Assembly (NCBI GenBank): GCA_951406725.2
Contig: OX597819.1
Coordinates: 71,920,001 to 71,984,000, forward strand
Direction: 5' to 3'
Source of the DNA: Octopus vulgaris
Lineage: Eukaryota
DNA length: 64,000 nt
Shown: in pieces, positions 26,705 to 39,218 of the stretch
Position numbering within the stretch: position 1 is the first letter of the stretch
Layout of the letters: each line of letters opens with the position of its first letter
Program-made: the position numbers and the translations under genes
Notes under the pieces: generated by a model
Databases searched by the model: none
Seen by the model: the letters and a program-made list of their open reading frames with translations, nothing else
What the model was told of the DNA's origin: nothing

Positions 26705-27755
26705 CTTCTTCTTCTTCTTCTTCTTCTTCTTCTTCTCCTCCTCCTCCTCCTTCTCCTCCTTCTCCTCCTTTTCCTTCTCCTTCTCATCTTCCTCCTCCTA
26801 GCTGTAATGTCTTCGACGTTCAACTGGGTTAAATGCTAAGAGGGTCGAGAGAACATTTATATCAGCGTTTACGACTACACGGGCACCTAAAACAGTTGGT
26901 GGAAGCATGGTGCAAGTTAGCAGACTATACTCATTCGCAGATAACATCTGGTTCTTTATTTACCACTGTTACATACCTGCCATATTATAAAAATCTCTCG
27001 GACACGCCTTATAAATACGAGTAGTATAACCGTTAAACCTTATAAGATCTGGCGGTATTAGATAGCATGATAATTCTCGCCATTATAGAAACCCCATATG
27101 CAAACATTGGTTTCTCTAACCGTCATCTTGAAGTATTTTCATCTCCTTTGAACATCTGAAAGATGCACTCAATGAAGTTGAAAAATACTTGTTGATAGAT
27201 TTATCCTATTAAAGTCAGTGCCAAGTTGCTTACAATGACAAATTCCTCCTGGAATGGTTCATTACGTCTTCGAATATTAAGTTTTAAATAATTCTATACA
27301 TTTCTTCAGAAAACAACAAATCTTTGTTTATACATTTGTTGCACTTTTTCCTGTTTTCTGTTTCTTGTTCTTTTCTTTTGCTTCTTTCTTTGTGAAGAAC
27401 TACGAAACCAGCTCAAGATTCAATTAGGCATACAAGTGAATTCCTTCCCCAAGACTACATCTTTATTATGTTTGTCTTGTTTTGATCTTCTGAAAAAGAA
27501 CTTCAATGAAATAAAGAATTGTTCAGACTAGTTCCTATTATCTCAAAATGGAGCTTAAACCATCAAACCTGATATTAGAACTTAATAGTTGTGAAAGACT
27601 TTCGTCTGCTTTGTCGAATTCCATTTCGAAGAAATCCATCATCTTATTAAGTTTCGATGTAGTTTCACAATACCGATATTTCTCTTCACTTTATATGAAT
27701 CTAAAAAGTTTTTCTTGTTCGTTAAGGAATAACGGCAAGTCTAGTCAAGTAAGTC
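26450..27755 (-). pseudogene. Heavily decayed coding region, possibly the C-terminal part of a single-pass LRR/TIR receptor
   Basis: Pieces RFDGLSSILR, NQCLHMGFL*W, TCTMLPPTVLGARVVVNADINVLSTLLAF...RRR, PENIRNSIFEFR; many stops. Confidence 0.3.
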
Positions 27756-27954
27756 TGTAGATGTGAAATAAACGAACAAAGCAAGTCAATAATTTAAAGC
27801 AAACAGGGTCGTTGGCATAGCAGAGTCATTAGAAAACCCGGATAACAGTATTATGGCCTTAGTTATATACCGTGACACTGGCAAGAATGTCTCTCTAGAC
27901 CCTGAGTTAACCGATTTCTATGATGTATAAGTCAGTGAGATCATAAAGTTTTCC

Positions 27955-28145
27955 CTGAACAGGATGGCGGTCCGTCGCAGGATTAACTTATAAGCTCCCG
28001 TTGGGGTTCATTTAAAGCTGAATGGACTGAGGTTACGTGAAATGAAGTGTTTTGCTCATAAGAACAAGTCACCACCCGGTCCGGGAACGGAAACCGCGAT
28101 CTAACAATCATAAGCTTAACACTTTAGCACTAGACCACGTAACTT
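27955..28145 (-). mobile_element. SINE family E
   Basis: ggatggcggtccgtcgcagg...gtgaaatgaagtgttttgctca...ccgggaacggaaacc. Confidence 0.65.
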
Positions 28146-28284
28146 CAATACCGTAACATACTGGCAACAAATTTTACTCGTATTTCATTCAGGTTTGACA
28201 AAAGAAGTAACAGGAGAATCCTGAAGTGCTGCATTGAATTAATTCAAGCATTGAAATAAACCAACAATATGAATGTAAAATTGA

Positions 28285-28605
28285 TTTGGCACGGGGCCAA
28301 CAATTTCGCGGAGGAAGTAAGTCGATTACGTCGACCCCCAGTGTTCAACTGGTACTTATTTAATCGATTCCCAAAAGCAAAAACCTACCTCGGCGGAATT
28401 TGAACTCAGAACGCAAAGACGAACGAAATGCAACGTAGCATTTTCTCCGACGCGTTAACGATGCTCTCAGCTCGCCGTCTTATACAAATATATTTTTTCT
28501 ACTTTAAGCACAAGGCCCGAAATTTGGGGGGAGGGGGGTCAATCGATTAGATCGACCCCAGTACGCTACTGGTACTTAATTTATCGACCCCGAAAGGATG
28601 AAAGA
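28285..28605 (-). mobile_element. SINE family B copy plus second 3' fragment
   Basis: Consensus match. Confidence 0.8.
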
Positions 28606-28606
28606 A

Positions 28607-28647
<41 letters not shown>

Positions 28648-28648
28648 C

Positions 28649-28729
<81 letters not shown>

Positions 28730-29996
28730 CGAGGGACGTTCAATAAGTAATGCATCTGACCCACTTGCAGTTATTTGATATAGCTGAAAGTTTGCATGTG
28801 CAATTATCTATATCTTTATAAATTAAGTGGCAAATTACAGCTCTGAACTAATTGTGGTGTCTGATTTACAGGTGTTTGAACTGAGTCAAGTGTGAAATGG
28901 AGCCTGTTGAATGTCGAGCAGTGATCCGGTTTTTGTATTTGAAAGGACGCACACCACGGGAGACTTTTGATGAAATGAAAGTAACTTATGGTGATGATGC
29001 CCCATCATATGACCTTGTAAAAAGTTGGCATCGTGAATTCAAACATGGTCGGAACTCTGTGGAAACAGCTCCCAGATTTGGTCGCCCCCCTTCTGCCATT
29101 GATGAGGCATCTGTCCGTCAAGTTGAGGCTGCCATTTTGGAAGATCGACGCATAACTATTCGATAAATAGCCGATGAGGTCAAGATTAGTGCCGGGTCTG
29201 TGGAAACTATCATTCATGACCATTTGCATATGCAAAAGGTGTCTGCCAGATGGATTCCCAGGTTGCTCACACCTTTTCAGAAGCAAGAACGCGTCGAGTG
29301 CTCGAGGGTGAATTTGGAGATGTGCCAAGAAGTGTCAAAATTTTTCAAAAGACTGATTACACAGGATGAAACCTGGGTCCATCACTATGATCCAGAGACC
29401 AAAGCCCAGTCAATGCAGTGGAAGCACCGTGACTCACCTCCTCCAAAGAAGGCAAGGGTGCAGCCCTCCGCTGGCAAGGTCATGCTCACAGTCTTCTGGG
29501 ACCAGGACGGAGTAGTGATGACAGATTTCCTGGCAAAGGGTACCACAATTACAGGAGTCTATTATGCTTCACTTTTGAGGAAATTAAGAGAAGCTGTCAA
29601 AATCAGGAGGCGGAGCAAGATCAGCAAAGGCTCCGGTCCACAACTCGCGTATCGCCAGATCAGAAGCACAGGCGTGCGGCTATGAACTCTTCCCCCATGC
29701 CCCCTACTCTCCTGACCTTGCACCCTCTGATTTTCACCTCTTCCCAGTCATGAAGTTGTTTTTGAAAGGAATGCATTTCCCAGATGATGCAGCCTTGATT
29801 TCTGAAGTCACGTCGTGGTTGGAGGACCAAGCTGGGGTCTTCTACAAAAACGGTCTCCAGAGCTGCATCAAACGATGGGAGAAATGCATAACTCTGGGTG
29901 GTTCCTATGTAGTTAAAGACTAATAACTGTGCCAAGTTTCATTGCTCTACTGCTATGGGAAGTGGGTCAGGGGCATTACTTATTGAACGCCCCTCG
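28730..29996 (+). mobile_element. Full-length mariner transposon inserted at TA within (GATA)n
   Basis: TIRs cgagggacgttcaataagtaatgc...gacccactt / aagtgggtca...gcattacttattgaacgcccctcg, TA on both sides. Confidence 0.95.
28897..29923 (+). pseudogene. Mariner DD34D transposase pseudogene
   Basis: WIPRLL, ITQDETW, YSPDLAPSDF motifs; stop at 29164; deletion plus frameshift near 29630 removes the HDNA motif. Confidence 0.95.
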
Positions 29997-30054
<58 letters not shown>

Positions 30055-30217
30055 CGACGGATCTCCTTCTATTTCTGTCTATCAAATCCACTCATAATGA
30101 TATGGTCAGCCTGAGGCTATAGTACATGACACTGGCCCAAGAAAGCATGAACTGAGACTGAACCCGGAACCTTGTGATTGGAAATTAAATTTCTTATCAC
30201 AAAGCCACGCCTGCGCC

Positions 30218-30218
<1 letters not shown>
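30055..30218 (-). mobile_element. SINE family A 5' half
   Basis: Consensus match. Confidence 0.75.
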
Positions 30219-30314
<96 letters not shown>

Positions 30315-30881
30315 ATGTATGTATGTATGTATGTATGTATGTATGTATATATATATATATATATGTTCATAGACAGAGGGGAGATAGAGATGGGGTGATA
30401 GAAAGCTGATAAGAGAGAGAGAGAGAGAAGATAAGCAGATAGATAGATAGATAGAAAGACAGAGACAGATATATAGACAGACAGGCAAACCTATATGTAT
30501 GCATCTATGTACATTTATGGTCAGGATACTGGTATCATTAGTCCACTGATACGGAGAGATGAGCCATTAGGGAGAGAGGCTAGATCGTAAATATATGCAA
30601 TAAAGACTTTGGCACTTAATCATATATTCTCAACGGAAGTGACTACATAACAATACGTATACATTATAATAGGATAACGCGACATTATGGTGATGTCTGC
30701 AATTGTTATAATTTCAACACTCTATCTGCTTTCAGATCAAGATCAAATAACTTGCTAGACAAGGCGAACAAGCGACACCATAAATCAAACACGTGATATG
30801 ACCGACTGGTTTCGTGTGGAAGTGATGAGGTTTGTGAGTATGCTTATACGTTATTATATGAATTCGTATAGATCTGTGTGC

Positions 30882-30937
<56 letters not shown>

Positions 30938-30974
30938 ACTTACATATACGAGGGGTGCTGAAGAGTTGGTAACT

Positions 30975-31770
30975 CCTTATGTGGGGAAAAAGTTTGCAAT
31001 GTCTATCCTGCGGGTAGTGAATTTTCCTTTCTCTGTTTGAAATTAAGGTGCTCCCGATATTGTATCGCTGGTGGCTTACAAAGTTAGGGTTAGGTCCTGT
31101 ATTCGTCTTTTTTTGGTAGGGGTGATTGTTTCGATTTTTAGACAGGTGTGAATCAGTATTTGAGTGTTGTTTTGATTTTCTTATTTTCAGGAAAGGGTTG
31201 TTGGAAGCATGCTCTGTTTGAAAGATGGTTTCATAGTTTGAAAACCAAGAGGAGCCTCTCTCCCAGCGTTGGAGGGATTTCATTTCTTCTTTATCACAAT
31301 CCTCTTTCTAGAATTTGGAGATCTTCTCTTGATCGGGGCCTTGGGTCATTTTGCTAATTTCTTGGTTGATCCCCTCATCGGTGGATTTTACTTTATCTTC
31401 ATTCGTTTGGGCCCTCAATTTTAGAAGTTCTATTTCCATCTTCATTTTTTCCAGTGCCATTCTTTCTCTGGGGCGTCTTTGTGTTTCAGGTTCGCCTGTA
31501 ATGGCTTTGATCTTGAATTTACTTGGGAGAATTAACGGTGTCCGATTGAGACATTTTTCGTATATATCCGCTTTGTTGTTGTTTGGGATCATCTTCCAAA
31601 AGGCGAACTTTCTATCTCTGAGTGATTTGTTCCAATCTGGTACAATGTGGTGTTTCATTTGGTATGTTGTTAGAGTATTGATCCCATATGCTGCCTCGTT
31701 TGGAGGTCCTTAGTTCGCGTTGTTAGAGAAAAACGTTCTAATTGTTTCGCATTCATCTTCATCTTAATGT
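30975..31770 (-). pseudogene. Unassigned ORF remnant, probably transposon-derived (coiled-coil-rich, ORF1-like)
   Basis: Track ORFs 31308-31658 and 30732-31283 are in the same frame, separated by one TAG; abuts a mariner-TIR-like tacgaggggtgctgaag at 30947. Confidence 0.5.
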
Positions 31771-31829
31771 GAATAATAATATAATAATGTAATATATATA
31801 TTTGTGCGTGTGTCTGGGTCTATATTTAT

Positions 31830-32015
31830 TCCCCTACACTGCTTGCCAAACGGTGTTGGTATGTTTATATTCTCGTAAGCTATCAGGTCGGCAAAAGAAG
31901 CCGATTGCATAAATACCAAGCTTTAAAAGAATAATTACTGGAGTCGTCCGGTTAAAATTCCTCAGGATGACGCCGCAGCATCGCCACAGCCTAATGATCG
32001 AAAGAATTAAAAGAC
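31830..32015 (+). mobile_element. SINE family A 3' half
   Basis: Consensus match. Confidence 0.75.
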
Positions 32016-32179
32016 ATATATACAAAATATATATATATATGTATTAGCTTAAATATTGATGTATATTGTTTTGTTGGATTTGGATGTTCCTATTTATGTA
32101 GTTAATAAATAATATTAATTAGTAATATCTGTAAGTCGATGATTGTAATGAATTTGTTCCTCCATTTTCTTATTTGTAT

Positions 32180-32240
<61 letters not shown>

Positions 32241-32241
<1 letters not shown>

Positions 32242-32862
32242 GTCATACGATATAGTGTATATTTAAACACATGAGGAATCCACTTATAGGAATTCAACAC
32301 GCTAGAAAGAACAGCTAGGTTCCATAACCACAAAAATTGGGGATAAAATTAGACAGGAACGAAATGAATAATAAAAAACATTTTACCATCTAGTGTCCTG
32401 GACCAATTGGTTTCTGTAAAAAAGCCAACTTTTAAAACTGAAAATTATCCAAAAAACTTACAATATTTAATCATATCAAAGGGAAATGGAAATTAATTAA
32501 AATTAACATTTCCGTTGGTCTAACGTGTAAAAAAATTAGTCCAAAGAACTATATAATAGTCATACGATAAAGTGTATATTTAAACACATGATGAATCCAC
32601 TTATAGGAATTCAACACGCTTGAAAGAACAGCTAGGTTCCATAACCTGAAAAATTAGGGATAAAATTCGACAGGAACGAAATGTGGTTATGGAACCTAGC
32701 TATTCGTTCTAGCGTGTTGAATTCCTATAAATGGATTTCTTATGCGTTTAAATATACACTATATCGTATGACTAATATATAGTCTTTTGGACTAAATTTT
32801 TTACACATTAGATAATAATGGAAATGTTAATTTTAATTAATTTCCATTTCCCTTTGATGTGA

Positions 32863-32865
<3 letters not shown>
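32241..32865. repeat. Direct plus inverted repeat cluster in (TA)n, Penelope-like terminal arrangement
   Basis: 32242-32365 repeats at 32559-32683; 32684-32865 is an inverted copy of ~32468-32647. Confidence 0.75.
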
Positions 32866-32919
<54 letters not shown>

Positions 32920-32923
<4 letters not shown>

Positions 32924-33056
32924 TGTCTGGGGAGAGTAATTCTCTTTTAGATCTTATTATTTAACACACCCACCGGAAAAGTTTCACTCATTTACTTATT
33001 TATTTTTTTCTAAAATTTTCGATGCGTCTTGCAACCATTTCAATAGTCGTTGACTA
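32920..33056 (-). mobile_element. Penelope-like terminal remnant with U3-A8 hammerhead variant
   Basis: Minus strand CTA-TTGAAAT-G-GTTGC-AAGAC-GCATC-GAAA-AT-TT-TAG at 33010-33046. Confidence 0.55.
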
Positions 33057-33306
33057 CTTTATTCAAGCTGCGATCTTTTTATTTGCTTGTGCACATGTGT
33101 TTGGGTCAGTGTATGTGCATGCATAAATGTATGTGTGTGTTTATGTACCTTTATCTATATATGCATATATGTGTGTATGTTTTATGTGAGTACCCATATG
33201 TGTGTACCATATGTGTGTACATGTCTGAGTGTGTTTGTGTATGTTATTTGTGACTATGTACTGTGTCTCTATTTATGGATGTGTGTCTCCATATGTGTAT
33301 TCATAT

Positions 33307-33337
<31 letters not shown>

Positions 33338-33418
33338 CTATATATATATATATATATATACAGTAGTGCCACGGTTTTCGAGCAAATCTGATCACGAATT
33401 AATCGTGCTTCATATATA

Positions 33419-34650
33419 TTGGGTTGGCAACTAAGTTTCTACCGTTTTTTAAAATTTAATTTCTTTTAAAAGGTTTAATAGAAAATAACAACTAATAACT
33501 AATTAATCAATAATGTATTCACTCTTGTTGTTTACAACTTCTTCCCAAAGTTCAAGATTTTCAATACCTCGTTGGTAGAAATCACCCGATTTCGACTCGA
33601 AAAATTTATTCAACCAAGCTCTTAATTCTGCATCAGTATTGAAAGAAACTCCGCGCATAGCATTTGAGAGATTGAAGCAGGTGGAAATCTGTTGGTACCA
33701 AATCAGGAGAGTACGGCGAGTGTGGCAGCACTTACCAGCCATGCGTTTGAATGGCATTCTTGGTCATATTGGCGATATGAGGGCGGGCGTTGTCGTGCAG
33801 CAGAACTCCATGCTGCCGATTAGAGTTCCGCGTTGACCGTTTGGTTCCGTTCAAGTAATTCGTAATGGGTAATCCCTTCCTAGTCCCAGAATACGCACAA
33901 TATCATTTTACGTGGGTGAATATCTTGTTTCACGCTTGTTTACCAGGGCTAAGACATTCCTTACGTTGCTTCACATTGACGTACAGGTACCATTTTTCGT
34001 CGCCAGTAACGATTCGGTAAAGAAATCGTTGCTTGTGTCCATGAGATGAGCGGTGACGAGCAACCAAACCAGCGTAGATTGTGGCTCGTTGATTTTTGTT
34101 GTTGTCACTTAAAGCATGCGGAACCCATTCTCCGTAGTTCTGAACATTTACCGTCGAATGAAGATGCTTCTCTATAGCAGTGTGGGAGCATTCCATTTTC
34201 TCTACCAGTTCCCTTGTCGTTTGACCAGAATTTTCGAACAAAAGTTAATTTAATCGCTCTTCATCGAACTCAACTGGACGGCCAGAACGAGATGCGTCTT
34301 TGAGGTCAAAATTTCCATTTTTGTACTTGGCATATCAATCACAAGCGGTTCTTTCAGCTATGGCACCCTCTCCATACACAGTACAAACATCGCGAGCCGC
34401 TTTTGCGGCCTTAAAACTTTGATTAAATGCAAAAGTAGGAGGTGTCGAAAATGCTCGTTTTTCTTAACTTGTCATTTCATTTTAATGATCTGAAAATAAG
34501 CAAAAATAAACTAAAATTAACTAGAGAGAAAAAATAAAATAGATTCCAAAATGATTCAAAAATAGAATTCTCCAAAAAGATATATTCCAAAATTTAAAAA
34601 ACGTAATAAATTCCAAAATTTTAATAAATTGCGGAAACTTAGTTACCAAC

Positions 34651-34654
<4 letters not shown>
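33419..34654 (-). mobile_element. Second mariner transposon (different subfamily)
   Basis: TIRs ttgggttggcaactaagtttc / gaaacttagttaccaaccca, in (TA)n. Confidence 0.92.
33503..34480 (-). pseudogene. Mariner transposase pseudogene
   Basis: WVPHAL, IVTGDEKW, LLHDNARPH, YSPDLVPTDFH motifs; stops, frameshifts and an internal deletion. Confidence 0.92.
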
Positions 34655-34698
<44 letters not shown>

Positions 34699-34702
34699 GG
34701 AC

Positions 34703-34733
<31 letters not shown>

Positions 34734-34736
34734 GTT

Positions 34737-34767
<31 letters not shown>

Positions 34768-34773
34768 TAGATT

Positions 34774-34845
<72 letters not shown>

Positions 34846-34992
34846 TAAAGCACGGCTTATTTGTGATCAGAGTAGCTCGAAAACCGAGGTTCTACTGTAT
34901 ATCTATATCTATAGCAACAGCATGGCCACAGCTCGTGAGCTGAAACTAGATGAAAATGAAAATGAAAATATCAATATCTATATCTATCTATC

Positions 34993-35033
<41 letters not shown>

Positions 35034-35461
35034 CACTGGCTTATATTCATTGTGGATTGACATATATATCTGTGTATATTTATGCAGAATATAAATATAT
35101 GCCAATTGGCCCCCAACCCCAGATAAACATTCGATGCGGTGTGGATATTTTATACCACATGACATCTGTCAAAATAGACATTCATGATAAAAAGTCGAGT
35201 GAGAATAAATATTTATTTATCTCACGTATTGAATCGACAGATACAACTAATTATTCAGACATAGGGGGCAGTGCTTGTTTCACTGTATTGTCCACTTTCT
35301 TAGCAACTCAGCCGCCTACAGCTACACAATAATATAATGAAGAGGGAAGCGATTGCTGAGAAGGAACAGGAAGATTTGCAGCAGATTTTTAACACTCCAA
35401 ACATTGGTAGAGTCTACAGTAGCCTATCGACTCCCTAATATCAATTGTACTAACCACCCCG

Positions 35462-35527
<66 letters not shown>

Positions 35528-35599
35528 CTACACACTCAGTCATTGGAATTCAGCCATTCTAGAGCCCAGCCATGCCAATGTCCTTTGACTGCTGCTAGG

Positions 35600-35854
35600 A
35601 GAGAAACATTTTATAGCGTGTTGAAAAAGTCTCTCCGCAGTAATTTTTTTTATCTTGACTCTCCAAGATGTATTTCAAAACATCTGTAGAAAGAGTCAAC
35701 TTATGTATTGAAAATGAAGGACAACACTTTGAACACCTCTGTTTTTTAAAGTCTTGTAAAGTCTAATATATTCTTTTGTAATCTTATATCATCTTACAAA
35801 CATTTATTTTGCAATAAAATACTTATTGCTGAGAAACCTTTTGAACACCTTGTA
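35600..35854 (+). mobile_element. Tc1/mariner-like 3' end remnant
   Basis: LCIENEGQHFEHL C-terminal motif followed by TIR-like ccttttgaacaccttg|ta. Confidence 0.6.
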
Positions 35855-36098
35855 CAATTGTAGCACTGACGACAGCTACTTTTCAACCAGCCATTTTCAA
35901 GGAGAAATCGAGATACATGTGAGATTGCTCTGGCACCACGCACATCACGGTACATTTCTACTAGAAAGGAAAATGAGTGGCACACCTGTAAACGTCCCAG
36001 CAGAACAAAGACCGCGCTGAAAAGCTACATGTGGGAACATGATTGTGCAATGTTCAATGAAGAGATGGCACTCTTCTGACAAACAGCTGCAATCAGCA

Positions 36099-36147
<49 letters not shown>

Positions 36148-36151
<4 letters not shown>

Positions 36152-37470
36152 TAGAGATAAAACCACTACTATACAACTAAAACAGTGATAGACATAAACC
36201 AAAAAATAAAAATCAAATAATATATATTTTTATAAAACATATAACTAGAATTCACAAAGTATAAAAATGAATTATCAATATATAATAAGCAAAAAAACTA
36301 CGTACGTTTCATGGCTACAATTAGATTCGAATTACAATTAAGTTTAAATTCAATTGAAATAAATTCAATTTATAATTATAGTCAATCTTCAGGTTAATGA
36401 TAATAGTTAAATAAATAAGCAAATAGAGTTAAACAATATTTATTTAAAAAACAAATAAAATAATAATGTTTCATATAGAAAAAACTCCATTAACTACATT
36501 TGAAACTTAAATCATTAGGATTATTTCCTACAACACATTTATTATGCTAAATATTTAATTTCTAAGGTTAAAAAAATAGATATAAATATGTATTTCTCTT
36601 TGAAGATATAATTTGGCTTTAAAAAAACATAATAAACAATCGAATATCTTTATTTAACACAATAATCACTATTAATATTTTTAGACTTAAGTTCACATCT
36701 AATAATTATAAAATAATAACTACATAAAAATAATTATCTAAATTATAATCAACAAATATAGTAATTAAAAATCTAAAGTTTTCTCTATCAATAAATATAT
36801 AAACGTATAAACAGAAATAAATAAATTAGTTCATTGTTACTTACATAAATATTATGAATATCTATAGCATATATGTATGAAATACAATTTGAAAATTAAT
36901 AATCAAATAAAATACGTATAATCTATCTTTAAAAAAATCTTATTACTATTTTACGATCTATATACAACAGTGACTAACTAATACCTTAAAATGTACGTTC
37001 AGTTATAATAATTATATACTAATAATAATTAAATAAATGTACATATCTAAATCATCATTAACAACTAATATAATTATAAATTCAAATTTAACAATCAATA
37101 GTTATATAGAATACAATAAAATTTCTTAAATAAAAATAGTTTACTTAACTCTCGAAAAGCGTGTCATTAACTAAACTTTCAAAACAGAAAAGGTCTTTTT
37201 AAGCGTTTATAAGAAAACTCGTGGAATTACGTTATTAACAGAAATAGAACAAACAGATAGAAATATCCCTTTATCAATGAAAACTACGAATATACTTTAG
37301 CTTTCATAGATAAAGAGATCAAAGTCGCTAATAGAGAATATAATCACTATACACTATAATATATTTCACTATAAACCTAAAATTTATAATTAACTATGAT
37401 AAATTATACTCAAAATTCTATAAATTAAAATGATTTATATAACTACCATTTACTGTATATTCTCTAATAG
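36148..37470 (-). mobile_element. Very AT-rich decayed Penelope-like fragment with hammerhead motif
   Basis: Minus strand AAC-CTGAAGA-T-long stem II-TGAAAC-GTAC-GTA-GTT at 36296-36395; terminus shared with 2420-2490. Confidence 0.6.
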
Positions 37471-37596
37471 TATAACGCTCAGGAATAGAAAAAGTCTTTT
37501 ACGTTTCGAGCCTACTGAAAGGAACACAGAAAAAAACAAGGAGAGAAACAAAGAGAGAAAAAAATGTGTGTAGTGGCTAACTGTCTATCATGGTGA

Positions 37597-37711
<115 letters not shown>

Positions 37712-37726
37712 CAACAATAATAATAA

Positions 37727-38431
37727 CAGAAGCAAACCCATCAGTGGCTACGGAGCTCAGGGCTAAAAGCAGAGAGCGAAGGTTTCATCCTGGCTGCTCA
37801 AGATCAAAGCCTATTAACCCGGAACTACCAGGCCAATGTGATGAAAAATGGAGCAGACCCAAAATGCCGATTCTGCAACGACATGATTGAAACAGTGGAC
37901 CACCTTATCTCTGGATGTAAAGTCTTAGCACCAGTGGAGTATAAATTAAGACATGACAGAGTTGGCCAATATCTACACTGGCTAATAAGTCGGCATTACA
38001 ATATCAAAACTACCGACAAGTGGTATAATCACCACCCTGAGGCTATAACTGAAGGAGAAAATGTAACCATTCTGTGGGACTTTCCAGTACATAGAGACCG
38101 AACCATCAAGGCCAATAAACCAGATATTGTTGTGAAAGACCAAAACAATAAAGTTTGCTTATTGATCGACATGAGCATCCCCTGTGATCATAATATCTCA
38201 GCGAAAGAGTTTGACAAGCTCAGAAAATATAAAGACCTACTCATTGAAATTGAGAAAATGTGGCATCTCAAGGCGGTTACAATACCAGTGATCGTAGGAG
38301 CACTAGGAATGATCAAGAAGGGAACCGAAAATTATATGAGAATGATCCCTGGCTTACCATCCCTGCAAGAAGTGCAAAAGATTGTCTTAACTGGTACATC
38401 ACACGTATTGAGAAGAGCATTGTCGATGTGA
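37727..38431 (+). pseudogene. RLE-type (R4/Dong-like) LINE C-terminal ORF fragment, frame intact but 5'-truncated
   Basis: QWLRSSGLKAESEGFILAAQDQ, CRFCNDMIETVDHLISGC, RHD, KPDIV, LIDMSIP, KLRKY; (AAT)n on both sides, element ends ~38612. Confidence 0.92.
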
Positions 38432-38610
38432 GAACTGTTGCTGCTCATGTATTTTAACTTTTAAAAGAAAAAAAATTTTTTTTTTTTTAATGAACGAACT
38501 ATTGAGTTTGGTTTAATGGCCTACCAATGTATACTATGAGTTTCTTTGCCCTAGGAGTCGGGAAGACACTCGGCAAGAAATGGAAGCAAATTTGAAAGAA
38601 GAAAAAAAAA

Positions 38611-38692
<82 letters not shown>

Positions 38693-38790
38693 TAATAATA
38701 ATAATAATGATAATAATAATAATTTGAGGGAATATTATTCCTAACGTACATGGAAAAATTCATAAAATATATAATATATATATATATAAA

Positions 38791-38841
<51 letters not shown>

Positions 38842-38842
<1 letters not shown>

Positions 38843-39070
38843 TTCAGGACTGTTAACCAGTCCTGAATTTTATATTTAGATATAACTGAGGTACTTATGT
38901 GTATCCATGACTCTTGCTTCTGCTTTTTTCCATGAGTGCTTATAAGTATTTCAATTATTTCTTATCGTATTCTCTATTGAAGAGAGGAAATCCGTTGGAT
39001 TAATCCCGAAATTGATTCAATACAGAGCTCACGATTTTTTAAAGAGTTCTGTGCGCTTGCATTCCTCGAT
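38842..39070 (+). mobile_element. Penelope-like terminal remnant with degenerate hammerhead
   Basis: CTCTA-TTGAAGA-G-AGGA..TCCC-GAAA-TTGA-T-TCAA-TA-CAGAG at 38972-39027. Confidence 0.55.
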
Positions 39071-39186
39071 ATCAGCACGACGTGTATTCATAGTGATGTA
39101 TATTGCATGTGGTGATTGACGATTTAAAGTCTATTCTCAGCATACTGACATAGAAATCATTTTTCTTTTGCCCTGGTTTATAATTG

Positions 39187-39218
<32 letters not shown>

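Larger units (their letters stand above)
33361..34897. mobile_element. Tigger/pogo-like MITE split by the nested mariner
   Basis: ta|cagtagtgccacggttttcgagc...tgatcacgaattaatcgtgctt is inverted at 34848-34897 (…aaaccgaggttctactg|ta). Confidence 0.75.

Noticed and set aside
36400-37470. Mitochondrial insertion (numt)
   Set aside because: No recognisable mt tRNA, rRNA or protein motif; it is continuous with a hammerhead-bearing terminus. Not fully excluded without a search.
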